Source: Bacteroidales bacterium (GTDB lineage: Bacteria > Bacteroidota > Bacteroidia > Bacteroidales > VadinHA17). From it: a DNA stretch of 64,000 nucleotides. The translations under genes and the position numbers were made by a program. Below the pieces are notes generated by a model. The model did no database searches, was not told where the DNA came from, and saw only the letters and a program-made list of their open reading frames with translations. The stretch spans positions 135,341 through 199,340 of the forward strand of contig DAOSAY010000001.1 in assembly GCA_035360515.1 (NCBI GenBank), in the 5' to 3' direction. Shown here one piece after another: positions 19,448-29,002 of the stretch (its first letter is position 1; each line of letters opens with the position of its first letter).

Positions 19448-20671
19448 TTATCTGATCCTTGAACCTTTTAATGCAAAATATGTAATGTAAGCATAATAAA
19501 CAAACAGACAGCATATTGCTGCAATTAGTCCGACGCTCTTCTGAATGCCTCCCATCATAATTGGCAGCAAGGCTGCGCCTATCACAGAGGTGGCAATAAC
19601 TCCTGACCCTACCTTGGTATGAGGTCCGAGATCTTCAAGTGCCAGATTATAAATACATGGCCACATAATTGAGTGCATCAAGCCTGTTCCAAGGAATAAG
19701 ACAAGAGCTGCCGAATTCATTCCAAATGAACCCAGAACGAGGGAAAGAAGCAACATTAGAGCTCCAAAAGTAGCATTGAAACTAAGTATTTGTCTTGCAG
19801 AATATTTTCTAAGAATGAATATGCCTGCTATACGGCCTACCATAAGACCTGCCCAGTAGTATGCCAGCAGTTTTGTTCTCATCTCACCATCATACGAAAA
19901 TCCCAGCTTTGCAGAATAATCAGCAAAGAAGCTAGGAATTCCGACTTCCACACCCATATAAAAGAAAATTGCAAGTGATCCAAGCCACATGTGTGGATAT
20001 TTGTAAGCACTCGATTTATATTCCTGTACAACTCCTTCAGTTTCTTCTCCTTCTTTTATTTCTGGCAGTTTAAGAAAGAACATAATTATCACAATAACCA
20101 GCGTTACAATTCCAATTCCGGCGAATGGTCCCTGGACTGCCTTTGGATCTGCTGAGGCCCCGCTTGAAGACGATACAATAAGCATCGAAACGAATATAGG
20201 AGCAATTACAGTAGCCAGTGAGTTAAGTGCATTAGTAAGGGTCAGACGACTGGCTGCTGTTTCTGGTTTACCAAGCGCATTTACATATGGATTAGCAGCT
20301 ACCTGCAGCAATACCACCCCTATTGCAAATACTGAAACAGCGCTGAGGAACCCGTAATAACCCAGTGTTACACCCGGTATACACAGGAAAAAACCAAGGC
20401 TCACCAGAGCGAGGCCTGAAAGTACTCCGTTTTTGTAACCAATCCTGTTTAGAAGGTAACCAACAGGAATTGAAAAAATGTAAGCCCCATAAAAGAAAGT
20501 GTTGGGAAGCTGCTTCTCTACTTCATTAAGACCAAAAGCGTCTTTAAGATAGTTTATTAGCGAGTTATTCATCGTTGTAATAAAGCCAAACAAAAAGAAT
20601 AGTGAGGCCATTACAATTAACGGAAACAGAAATTTGTTTTTTTCGTTTGTCATAGTTTTATTTTTTAACAA
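19448..20671 (-). CDS. MFS sugar transporter, FucP/GluP (glucose/galactose or fucose:H+ symporter) family
   Basis: 407 aa, about 12 TM. Contains the FucP/GluP block LLQVAANPYVNALGKPETAASRLTLTNALNSLATVIAPI. Confidence 0.85.
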   Translation of the reverse strand: MLKNKTMTNEKNKFLFPLIVMASLFFLFGFITTMNNSLINYLKDAFGLNEVEKQLPNTFFYGAYIFSIPVGYLLNRIGYKNGVLSGLALVSLGFFLCIPGVTLGYYGFLSAVSVFAIGVVLLQVAANPYVNALGKPETAASRLTLTNALNSLATVIAPIFVSMLIVSSSSGASADPKAVQGPFAGIGIVTLVIVIIMFFLKLPEIKEGEETEGVVQEYKSSAYKYPHMWLGSLAIFFYMGVEVGIPSFFADYSAKLGFSYDGEMRTKLLAYYWAGLMVGRIAGIFILRKYSARQILSFNATFGALMLLLSLVLGSFGMNSAALVLFLGTGLMHSIMWPCIYNLALEDLGPHTKVGSGVIATSVIGAALLPIMMGGIQKSVGLIAAICCLFVYYAYITYFALKGSRIR

Positions 20672-20755
20672 ATTAAAGGTTAACTGTTTACATTCAGAAT
20701 CGGTTTTTGTATTTTATTTATAGTTCAAAAACATAGCCCAGCACAATCATATTAT

Positions 20756-21820
20756 TTATTCAGCTTTAAATTTATAAATACACGTATGCCTGTAGGTTTC
20801 ACCCGGATTCAATATTACAGAAGGGAAATGAGGCTTATTGATTGCATCTGGAAAATGCTGTGTTTCAAGGCAAAATGCCCATCGTCTTCCGTATATTTTT
20901 CCACCTTTCCCCCTTTCATTATCTATCCAGTTTGCAGTATAAAGCTGTAGTCCGGGTTGTGTTGTATAGACTTCCATAATACGACCCGACTTTGGATCAC
21001 GAGCTATTGCAGCGAGTCCAAGTGTACCGCAGCGGTGACTCAATACCCAGTTATGATCATAACCTGCACCATATTTTATATGGATATAGTCGCTGTCAAT
21101 CCCCTCTCCTATTTTCCTTGGTGAAGTAAAATCCATGGGAGTTCCTTTAACACTCAGTATTTCTCCGGTAGGCAGATTTGTTTCATCAGTAGGAGTGAAA
21201 TACCTTGCATTTATCATAAGCTCATGGTCATAAACTGGACCTGAACCTTCTCCAGCAAGGTTGAAATAGGAATGACTGGTAAGATTGACAACCGTAGACT
21301 TATCAGTAGAAGCATTATAATCAATTCTTAATTCATTTTCATCTGTAAGAGAATATTTTACTTTAACATTCAGATTACCAGGATAACCCTCCTCCCCATC
21401 GCGGGATAAATATTGCATTTCTACCGATGAATTATTTGAGGATACTACATCCCATAATACTTTATTGAATCCGATTAAGCCTCCATGCAGGTGATTCGGT
21501 CCATTATTTACTGCCAGTTTATATTCCCTGTCACCAAGAATAAATTTTCCTCCTCCTATTCTGTTGGCACACCTGCCACAAACTGCTCCCATATAAGGAC
21601 CGTTTCCCATGATATATTCTTTTGCAGTATCATAACCCTGAACAATGTCGGCAAAATTTCCGTTTTTATCAGGAATGAATATACTAACAATAATAGCACC
21701 GTAATTGGTAATCTGGGCAATCAGTCCATTTTTATTTTTTAAAGTATAAAGGTTTACGGGTTTTTCATTATGGACTGTTTTGAATGATTCTTCCGGAATT
21801 ATTTTCATACTAATTGACAT
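20756..21820 (-). CDS. galM: galactose mutarotase (aldose 1-epimerase)
   Basis: 354 aa. GRCANRI, NNGPNHLHGG, TNLTSHSYFNL and FCLETQHFPDA blocks. Confidence 0.9.
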   Translation of the reverse strand: MSISMKIIPEESFKTVHNEKPVNLYTLKNKNGLIAQITNYGAIIVSIFIPDKNGNFADIVQGYDTAKEYIMGNGPYMGAVCGRCANRIGGGKFILGDREYKLAVNNGPNHLHGGLIGFNKVLWDVVSSNNSSVEMQYLSRDGEEGYPGNLNVKVKYSLTDENELRIDYNASTDKSTVVNLTSHSYFNLAGEGSGPVYDHELMINARYFTPTDETNLPTGEILSVKGTPMDFTSPRKIGEGIDSDYIHIKYGAGYDHNWVLSHRCGTLGLAAIARDPKSGRIMEVYTTQPGLQLYTANWIDNERGKGGKIYGRRWAFCLETQHFPDAINKPHFPSVILNPGETYRHTCIYKFKAE

Positions 21821-21827
21821 TAGTTAA

Positions 21828-23111
21828 TTATAGTTCTACTTTACAAGCGCCCTGGTGTCTGATAAACAGAGTTTTGCATGCACCTTTCCCGAAAAAGTGT
21901 TCAAGTGTATTTAAATATTTTTCGAGAAGGTTTTTGGGAACAAACGCCTGAATAGTTCCGGCAAATCCGCCTCCATGAACACGCCATGCACCCTCGCCTT
22001 TCAGTACAAGTTCACTCAATGCAAGAGCAAGAGAGACCCCCTGTTCTCTGGGATTTATAACAGCAAAAATGTTCTGATTATACATGTAAGAGCTGTAACC
22101 TGATTCTACAACCATTTCCAGAAATGCATGGAAATCATTTCTTTCAAGTGCATTAACCTGGTCAACTACTCTCTGGTTATCTTTCTGGAAGTGTATCGCA
22201 CGAAGTATTGCTCTATCACCTACTTTTTCCCTTATTCTGGGAGCAATTTCAATTATCTGGTCGAGAGTTACCTGTCTGAGCACTTTTGCACCCAGTTCAG
22301 CGGCAACTGCTTTCATGTCGGCCGGAATTGAAGCATATTCATCATTCAAATCTGCATGGCTGCCACCTGTATCAGTTATAACAAGTGAATATCCAGTTGA
22401 AGTAAAATCAAAATTGACTTTTTTCACAACTGGATTTGCAGGTTCCTTGAAATCAATGGTAATCAGGCCTCCCATAGCAATTGCAACCTGATCCATAAGA
22501 CCGCAAGGTTTACCAAAATAATTATTTTCGGAATATTGTCCGATTATAGCATTTTGAACGGGGTCAATTTTTCCGTCGTTGAAAAGTTCATTAAGGATTA
22601 CACCTATAAGAACTTCAAATGAAGCAGAGGAGCTTAGTCCTGAACCCTTAGGCACACCACCATCAATACATGCATCAAAGCCTCCAATTTTGTAGCCTGA
22701 TTCCTTAAACCGTGAACATATTCCTCGTACAAGTGCTGCAGAGGTGTATTTCTCGGCAGCAACAGGTGCAAGGGAAGCCAGATCTACTTCAAAACGAGGA
22801 TAACCTTCTGATACAATACGAATTATGTTTTTATTATTTTTAGCTGCCACACATATATTATCGAGATTAACTGCTCCAGCAAGTACCCTGCCCCAGTTAT
22901 GGTCGGTATGGTTTCCTCCTATTTCTGTTCTGCCCGGTGAACTGAAAATTTCAACTTCTTTTTTGCCAAAGTTTTCTTCGAACTGTCGTAAAAGAGTTTC
23001 ATACCTCCGGGCATGTCTTTTCAGTTCAGCAGGTTCATTACCGTAAAGTTCACGGAAAATTTTATTATCACCGCCATTAATTGATTTGATGAGATATTCA
23101 GAAGTTTTCAT
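21828..23111 (-). CDS. galK: galactokinase
   Basis: 427 aa. Galactokinase signature SPGRTEIGGNHTDHN and GHMP kinase motif VPKGSGLSSSASFE. Confidence 0.9.
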   Translation of the reverse strand: MKTSEYLIKSINGGDNKIFRELYGNEPAELKRHARRYETLLRQFEENFGKKEVEIFSSPGRTEIGGNHTDHNWGRVLAGAVNLDNICVAAKNNKNIIRIVSEGYPRFEVDLASLAPVAAEKYTSAALVRGICSRFKESGYKIGGFDACIDGGVPKGSGLSSSASFEVLIGVILNELFNDGKIDPVQNAIIGQYSENNYFGKPCGLMDQVAIAMGGLITIDFKEPANPVVKKVNFDFTSTGYSLVITDTGGSHADLNDEYASIPADMKAVAAELGAKVLRQVTLDQIIEIAPRIREKVGDRAILRAIHFQKDNQRVVDQVNALERNDFHAFLEMVVESGYSSYMYNQNIFAVINPREQGVSLALALSELVLKGEGAWRVHGGGFAGTIQAFVPKNLLEKYLNTLEHFFGKGACKTLFIRHQGACKVEL

Positions 23112-23173
23112 TTTTTAATGTTTTTATGTTATCCGGAAAAACAAATATATAATATGAAATACAAAATTATGTT

Positions 23174-23210
23174 AAAGAGGTTGTCTAAAACATCTCCAGA
23201 CAACCTCTTT
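23174..23210 (-). terminator. hairpin terminator between the upstream MFS gene and galK
   Basis: A perfect 13-bp inverted repeat, AAAGAGGTTGTCT (23174..23186) / AGACAACCTCTTT (23198..23210), with an 11-nt loop. It lies in the 136-nt gap between two minus-strand genes. Confidence 0.55.
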
Positions 23211-23247
23211 CAAATTAAAATCAGATGCCAAAAAATAAAGACAGATG

Positions 23248-24585
23248 TTATTTATGCTTGCTTCCCACAAGAGCAAAGAATACAATATACAGGTAGCAGA
23301 TAATAGGAAGAATAAATGCATATCTAACACCTGCACTGTCAGCCACAATTCCCATCAAAACCGGAACAACAGCGCCACCAACTATCAGGCTGTTAATAAG
23401 ACCTGATGCCATGCTAAGTTCTCCCTTATCAAGGCCGTCAACACCAAGAGTAAAGATATTTGGAAACATTATTGAGTTAAAAAACCCAACGGAAAGACCC
23501 AGCCAGAGGATAATATTGCCTGAAGCAAACATTACTACAAGCAATAATAATGCAGCTATAATTCCAAACACTGCAAGTGACCTGTTGGGTTTTCCTTTAC
23601 CAATCAGAAATGCAAGGTAATTTACAACTGCTATTCCGGCAAATATTAATCCATCAGTAATTTCGCGCCTTACGAACCATCCGACGAAGATTGCAAAAGC
23701 AATTACAATAGCGGTATACATGTACTTCTTGGATGCCTCAATTTTTGATAACATAAATGAACCATAGAATCTTCCAATCATAGCACCGCCCCAGTAAAGA
23801 GCAATCATTTTTGCAGCGTCGGACTGAGCAATATTGATGGCTTCCTGGAAGTACCTCTGAAGCATTGCAGCAGAGCCAACCTCAGCACCCACGTAGCAGA
23901 AGATACCCACGGCTCCGAGTAAAACATGGGAATATTTCCACACACTTTTTCTTTCGATACCCTGTGTGGGTATTACAGGAAGCTTCATAAAATAGATTGC
24001 AACTGCAATAATAATAACCACTACTGCAATTATAATAAAAGGTGTTGGAACCGACTGGGCAGCTTCAGCTGCGCTCAGTGCTGCTTCAGCGGTTGTCTTG
24101 AACACAAAAACACTCGCAATGATCGGAGCAAGATAAGTTGCAATTGAATTAAGCGCCTGTGTCAGATTCAGCCTTGCTGATGCTGTTTCTGAAGGTCCAA
24201 GAGCCGTGACGTAAGGATTGGCTGCTACCTGCAGAAATACCACACCGCTTGCCATAATGAAAATTGCAATCAGGAAGAAAGGAAAAGAAAGAGCTTTGGC
24301 GGCAGGGAAAAACAGAAAACTACCTAATGCCACCAATAACAGACCCAGAATAACACCTCCTTTATACCCGATTTTTTTAATAATCCCCCCTGCAGTAAAG
24401 GAGAGAAGAAAATAGGTCAAAAAGAATGCAAAGTTGACAAGCTGAGTCTCGAAATTCGTTAATTCAAAAACAGCTTTAAACTTATCAGCCAGTGTAATAT
24501 TAAATGTGGTTACAAAACCAAAAAGGAAAAAAATCATCCCCATAAATGCCATACCGGCTGCCTGTGTACTTTTTTGTTCTGTCAT
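23248..24585 (-). CDS. MFS sugar transporter, FucP/GluP family (paralog of 19448..20671)
   Basis: 445 aa. Contains VFLQVAANPYVTALGPSETASARLNLTQALNSIATYLAPI, a block shared with the other transporter. Confidence 0.85.
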   Translation of the reverse strand: MTEQKSTQAAGMAFMGMIFFLFGFVTTFNITLADKFKAVFELTNFETQLVNFAFFLTYFLLSFTAGGIIKKIGYKGGVILGLLLVALGSFLFFPAAKALSFPFFLIAIFIMASGVVFLQVAANPYVTALGPSETASARLNLTQALNSIATYLAPIIASVFVFKTTAEAALSAAEAAQSVPTPFIIIAVVVIIIAVAIYFMKLPVIPTQGIERKSVWKYSHVLLGAVGIFCYVGAEVGSAAMLQRYFQEAINIAQSDAAKMIALYWGGAMIGRFYGSFMLSKIEASKKYMYTAIVIAFAIFVGWFVRREITDGLIFAGIAVVNYLAFLIGKGKPNRSLAVFGIIAALLLLVVMFASGNIILWLGLSVGFFNSIMFPNIFTLGVDGLDKGELSMASGLINSLIVGGAVVPVLMGIVADSAGVRYAFILPIICYLYIVFFALVGSKHK

Positions 24586-24925
24586 AGTGATATAGTTTTA
24601 AGGTTTAACTGTTCTGGTTAGTTTTAACGATTGTAAATTTACATTTTAAGATGAATTTTCAAAAATATTGAAATATTATTTACTTCATAGCCAGAGAACA
24701 AAATATTTGTTTTCAGTAAATGGACCCTTATGATAATTGTTTGATTATTAGTATTATAATTTATTTAATACAAAATTGATTAATCAGGACAAATTTCAAT
24801 AGTAATCTGTTATTCAGCAAATAAGCAAATTGTGGATATTCCGAAAAGCATTTTGAGTTAATTATTGTTAATTAACCGGAAAAAAGAAATTTATACATTG
24901 AATATATTTACAGTAAATAAAACAC

Positions 24926-25681
24926 ATGACTACACGATACTTCGTATTTCTTTCATTCAAAGGCACAAAATATTTCGGATGGCAAATTCAGCCCAACTCA
25001 ATTACCGTTCAGAAAGTTGTAGATGAAGCTTTGAGTACCATACTAAGGGAAAAGATTTCAACTATTGGAGCAGGCAGAACGGATTCGGGTGTTCATGCGA
25101 AATTTTTCTGTGCACATTTCGACAGTATTTATAATGATCTGGAAACCAGAAAAAACCTTTTGACAAGATTAAACAGGTTTCTCCCTGTTGACATTGCAGT
25201 ACAAAGAATTAAAAAGGTTAGGAATGATGCACACGCAAGGTATAGCGCAGTTTCCAGAACATACAAATACTATATAACCAAGAATAAAGATCCTTTCAGT
25301 GAAGATACATCATGGTTTGTGCCTTACCATCTTGATTTAGACTGCATGAACAAAGCCTGCTTAATACTGACAAAACATTCAGATTTTACAAGTTTCAGTA
25401 AGCTGCATTCAAATGCAAAAACAAATATTTGCAACATTCATTATGCAAAATGGGAAGATGAAGATAATCTTCTCATTTTCACCATTAAAGCCGATAGATT
25501 TCTCAGAAATATGGTTAGAGCAATTGTAGGGACAATGGTTGAATTAGGGCGCAAGAAAATAAATCTGGATGATTTTGAAAAGATTATCAATGCCCGCGAC
25601 AGATGCAAAGCTGGGAAATCTGTTCCGGCAAAAGGTTTGTTTCTTGAAGACATTGAATACCCGGGAGACATTTTTTCCTAA
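24926..25681 (+). CDS. truA: tRNA pseudouridine(38-40) synthase
   Basis: 251 aa. YFVFLSFKGTKYFGWQIQPN, and GAGRTDSGVHA (catalytic Asp block). Confidence 0.9.
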   Translation: MTTRYFVFLSFKGTKYFGWQIQPNSITVQKVVDEALSTILREKISTIGAGRTDSGVHAKFFCAHFDSIYNDLETRKNLLTRLNRFLPVDIAVQRIKKVRNDAHARYSAVSRTYKYYITKNKDPFSEDTSWFVPYHLDLDCMNKACLILTKHSDFTSFSKLHSNAKTNICNIHYAKWEDEDNLLIFTIKADRFLRNMVRAIVGTMVELGRKKINLDDFEKIINARDRCKAGKSVPAKGLFLEDIEYPGDIFS

Positions 25682-26427
25682 TCAGGATTATTCCATATCT
25701 CCCACGATTTTTCAGCCTGCAGCCTCAGCATTTCCAGTCCGTTTATTATTGTACACCCTCTTCTTAAACCTTCTTTGAGAAACAGAGTTTGTTCGGGATT
25801 ATAAATAAGATCGTACAGAATATGTGACGGGGAAAGCAAATGATAAGGTATATCCGGTTTATTATCAGTCAGTGGGTACATTCCAACCGGTGTGGTATTG
25901 ACAATCAGCATTGTAGTGTCGATAACTTCCTCATTAATATCCTCATAGGTTATGCATTCCGGCTTTTTTATACGTGAAACAAAAATTACTTTTATGCTCA
26001 ATTGTCCAAGAACATAGGCAACAGCCTTTGAACTACCACCTGTCCCAAGTACTAATGCATGGCTAATTTTTCTGTTTAAAAAAGGCTTTAATGACTCCCT
26101 GAAACCATAGATATCAGTATTATAACCTTTCAATACAATTTTATCACCGTTACGGTATATTTTAATAACATTCACAGCTCCCACTTCGGATGCTTCAGTG
26201 TCAACTGAATCGAGAAAAGGAATAACTTCCTGTTTATATGGTATTGTTACATTTAGTCCAGATAATTCTTTTTCTTCTTTGATAAGTTTTTCGAATTCCT
26301 TTAAACTTTTCAGTGGGTAGTTATCATATGAAGCATCTTCAATGCCTTCATTTCTGAATTTTTCGGCAAAGTATTTCTTTGAAAAAGAGTGTTCAAGCGG
26401 GTACCCAATCAGGCCATATTTTCTCAT
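25678..26427 (-). CDS. aroE: shikimate dehydrogenase
   Basis: 249 aa. GLIGYPLEHSFS, NVTIPYK, GYNTD, and the NADP-fold segment VLGTGGSSKAV. Confidence 0.9.
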   Translation of the reverse strand: MRKYGLIGYPLEHSFSKKYFAEKFRNEGIEDASYDNYPLKSLKEFEKLIKEEKELSGLNVTIPYKQEVIPFLDSVDTEASEVGAVNVIKIYRNGDKIVLKGYNTDIYGFRESLKPFLNRKISHALVLGTGGSSKAVAYVLGQLSIKVIFVSRIKKPECITYEDINEEVIDTTMLIVNTTPVGMYPLTDNKPDIPYHLLSPSHILYDLIYNPEQTLFLKEGLRRGCTIINGLEMLRLQAEKSWEIWNNPD

Positions 26428-26472
26428 TTCATGAACAAAATAATAAAATTCTCCCGTAGTTTTTAATCGGCC

Positions 26473-27243
26473 TTATTTTAAATTATCCGGGAGGAACTGG
26501 AAAAAGGTATCTCCCCTCAGACCTAGCCGTAGTGATTCGAGTGGGATTATTTCATTGGGAGGAATATTTCCAAGATTAACGTTAGCACCAAAATGTTTTA
26601 TAAACCACGCCTGCTGGGATTTCATTGGGGCTTCCCAAATAACATTATCAAGGTTAACATGGGTTGATATCGCATCCACAACTGCATGATTTATAGATCC
26701 ATCATCATTATAAATGCCTATTGTACCCGATTCCCGTGCTTCTGCAATTACTTTAACAGAACCGGCTTCAAGTTCCGACTTCATCATTGCTACCCATTGG
26801 TCAGGGGTATAAACTACTTCTTTCTTTTTTGACCCCACCTCTGAAATAACTGTAGCTATCTTTGAGAGTTTGTTTATATATTCGAGTTTCCGGGAATGTT
26901 CAATATCGTATGAACCGTCAGATATCTCAATCATAGTAATTTCATATTCCTGAATAAATCTGACAAATTCCTCAAACATGTTTCTTATTAGAAATACTTC
27001 AAAAAGCGTACCTCCAAAGTATGGTATCACACCTGCCTTTTTATATACTTTGATTTTCTTCTTCAAATCAGGAGTGATAATTGAAGTTCCAAAGCCGAGT
27101 TTTACATAATCGGTATATTCACTCCCTACCGACATAAAATCTTCAGCTTCCCTCACACTCAGTCCTTTGTCCATTACCATCGTAAGTCCTCTGGTTCTAG
27201 GTTTAGAGGGCCTTTCAGGAATAAAGGGCAATTTAAAGTTCAT
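26473..27243 (-). CDS. comA: (2R)-phospho-3-sulfolactate synthase family protein
   Basis: 256 aa, collinear with archaeal ComA as I remember it. Shared blocks are RGLTMVMDKGL, DYVKLGFGTS, GGTLFE, IEISDGS, EVG.KK, EARESG..GIY, VIWEAP.KSQQ and ESLRLGLRGDTF. Confidence 0.85.
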   Translation of the reverse strand: MNFKLPFIPERPSKPRTRGLTMVMDKGLSVREAEDFMSVGSEYTDYVKLGFGTSIITPDLKKKIKVYKKAGVIPYFGGTLFEVFLIRNMFEEFVRFIQEYEITMIEISDGSYDIEHSRKLEYINKLSKIATVISEVGSKKKEVVYTPDQWVAMMKSELEAGSVKVIAEARESGTIGIYNDDGSINHAVVDAISTHVNLDNVIWEAPMKSQQAWFIKHFGANVNLGNIPPNEIIPLESLRLGLRGDTFFQFLPDNLK

Positions 27244-27248
27244 ACAGA

Positions 27249-28667
27249 TTAAGTATTTCTGGTTAGACCTTTTAACAGACTACGTATATCTTTATTATTA
27301 ATCTCCTTCGGAAATAAATCAATAAATTTTTCAAATATTTTATTATCAAGTTCCAGTGCTTTTTTAAGATGAACTATGGCTGATTTATTGTTTCCTGATT
27401 GGACATATAATGCTGCCATCAGGTAGTTAATTCCTGGTATATCGCCAATTATTTTATATGCTTTATTTAGAAGAGGTAACGTTCTGGTGGCAAGTTTTTC
27501 TTCAATTATTATCTTACCAAATTCATACCATGAATCTTGGTAATAAGGGTCTATTTTAAGTGATTCCCTAAAACATCTTAGTGCTCGTTTCTTATTGCCA
27601 GTCAGCATAAAAGCCTTTCCAGTAAAATACCACAGTTCTGGATTACTAGAGTCTATTTCGGCAGCTTTTCTGAAAAAGCCAAGGCTTTTTTCGGCGTTGC
27701 CGCTATTAAGCTCAGAGATTCCAAGTCCAATCCATGCATCAGTAAAATCGGGAGCCAGTTCAATTGCCTCATAGTAGTATTTTTTTGCAAGAGATGGGTT
27801 CCCGGTTTTTTCGTAGCACTCTGCGATATATGTCATGGCCTCATGGCTTTCAGGTTCAATCTGAAGGTATTCCTGATATGCATGAATTGCCTCTTCATAT
27901 TTGCCAAGATAAGCCAGGACTACACCCTTATTAAATAGTGCGAAATCATTTTGAGGATTTATAGCAAGTGCATAATCGTATGCTTCGAGGGCTTCGTAAT
28001 GACGTTCCGTTTTATTATAGATCATTCCAAGGTTATACCAGGCACTATCTGAGAAGGGTTCTTCATCGAGAAATCTGGTGTAATATTTAATACTGTTTTC
28101 AAAATCATCGATTTTTTCGTAGGCATATGCCATGTCATACAGATGCTCGGGGTAGTAAGGTTCAAGTTCAATAAGTCGTTCAAGATAAGGTATTACTTCC
28201 TTATAGTAATTAAGGTTTTGCAGTATTGAGGTTATTGAAAAAAGTATATTCTCCACATCATCCGAATCTTTTGCAAGGGCAAGGTCAAACATTTTTCTTG
28301 CACCCTGAATGTCGCCCATCATACCAAGAGCAGTGCCTTTTACAAGAAAAATTTCATGATTCCCAGGTTCTATAGTCTCAAGTTTTTTAAGAATGAGCAG
28401 GGATTCAGCTATTCTTCCCCTATCAAGCAATACTTTTGCATTTCTTAAAAGAATAGGTACTGAATTAGGATGTTGCTTACTTGCTATTGAAGCTGCTTCA
28501 AATGCCCTTGCCTGATTGTTCCGTTCAAGATAATAATCAATAATTGTCTCAAATTCAATAACATCAAAGAAATAATTTTCATTATTTCTTTTCATCCTTT
28601 CAAATCTCTGAATGATTTTCTGGACTTCATCTTCCTCCTGTGAAAACCAGTGTCTTTCTTCTTCCAT
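27249..28667 (-). CDS. TPR-repeat protein
   Basis: 472 aa, with repeated 34-residue A..Y..AL...P.. units throughout. A TAACTTTG -7 box lies on the minus strand (complement of 28689..28696) just upstream. Confidence 0.8.
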   Translation of the reverse strand: MEEERHWFSQEEDEVQKIIQRFERMKRNNENYFFDVIEFETIIDYYLERNNQARAFEAASIASKQHPNSVPILLRNAKVLLDRGRIAESLLILKKLETIEPGNHEIFLVKGTALGMMGDIQGARKMFDLALAKDSDDVENILFSITSILQNLNYYKEVIPYLERLIELEPYYPEHLYDMAYAYEKIDDFENSIKYYTRFLDEEPFSDSAWYNLGMIYNKTERHYEALEAYDYALAINPQNDFALFNKGVVLAYLGKYEEAIHAYQEYLQIEPESHEAMTYIAECYEKTGNPSLAKKYYYEAIELAPDFTDAWIGLGISELNSGNAEKSLGFFRKAAEIDSSNPELWYFTGKAFMLTGNKKRALRCFRESLKIDPYYQDSWYEFGKIIIEEKLATRTLPLLNKAYKIIGDIPGINYLMAALYVQSGNNKSAIVHLKKALELDNKIFEKFIDLFPKEINNKDIRSLLKGLTRNT

Positions 28668-28861
28668 TTAATCTTCAGTAAAACTTTTCAAAGTTAATAT
28701 TATTTTTTTCGTCAAATTGTTAAGCAAATATCATTTATAAACATTTTAACACTTTAATAAACATTAAAATCTGTTAATAAAATACAAAAAGAAACAAAAA
28801 ACTATTTATTAATAACACAACGCAACCGTTGGTTAATAAAAATCATCTATATATTTGGAAA

Positions 28862-28945
28862 CCCTCATACCCAATATACCCTAGAATTAACCTAAATTCT
28901 ATGCAGAAGGGCCGGGCCAAACCCGGTTCTTCAATTATTTGAGGG
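28862..28945 (+). ncRNA. candidate structured small RNA or 5' leader (unclassified)
   Basis: It is preceded by GTTG-18 nt-TATATTTG (28850..28857). It contains a 7-bp hairpin (28882..28901) and an 11-bp GC-rich hairpin (28906..28932). These are enclosed by CCCTCA (28862..28867) pairing with TGAGGG (28940..28945). No known family is recognised. Confidence 0.3.
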
Positions 28946-29002
28946 GGTTTCTCTCACGATAAGAAAATAAAATCTTAATTTTGTTGAAACATATTTTTTA
29001 AT

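Noticed and set aside
24697-24711. The AT palindrome AACAAA-ata-TTTGTT in the MFS/truA divergent spacer, as a possible gal operator.
   Set aside because: It has 6-bp AT-only arms in a 340-nt AT-rich spacer, which is expected by chance. There is no regulator gene nearby and no resemblance to known GalR/LacI operators.
25678-25681. Overlapping convergent stop codons of truA and aroE (CTAA), and the abutting stops of dapA and secA at 43436..43441.
   Set aside because: This is compact convergent gene packing without terminator hairpins. It is unremarkable on its own, and no additional signal is visible.
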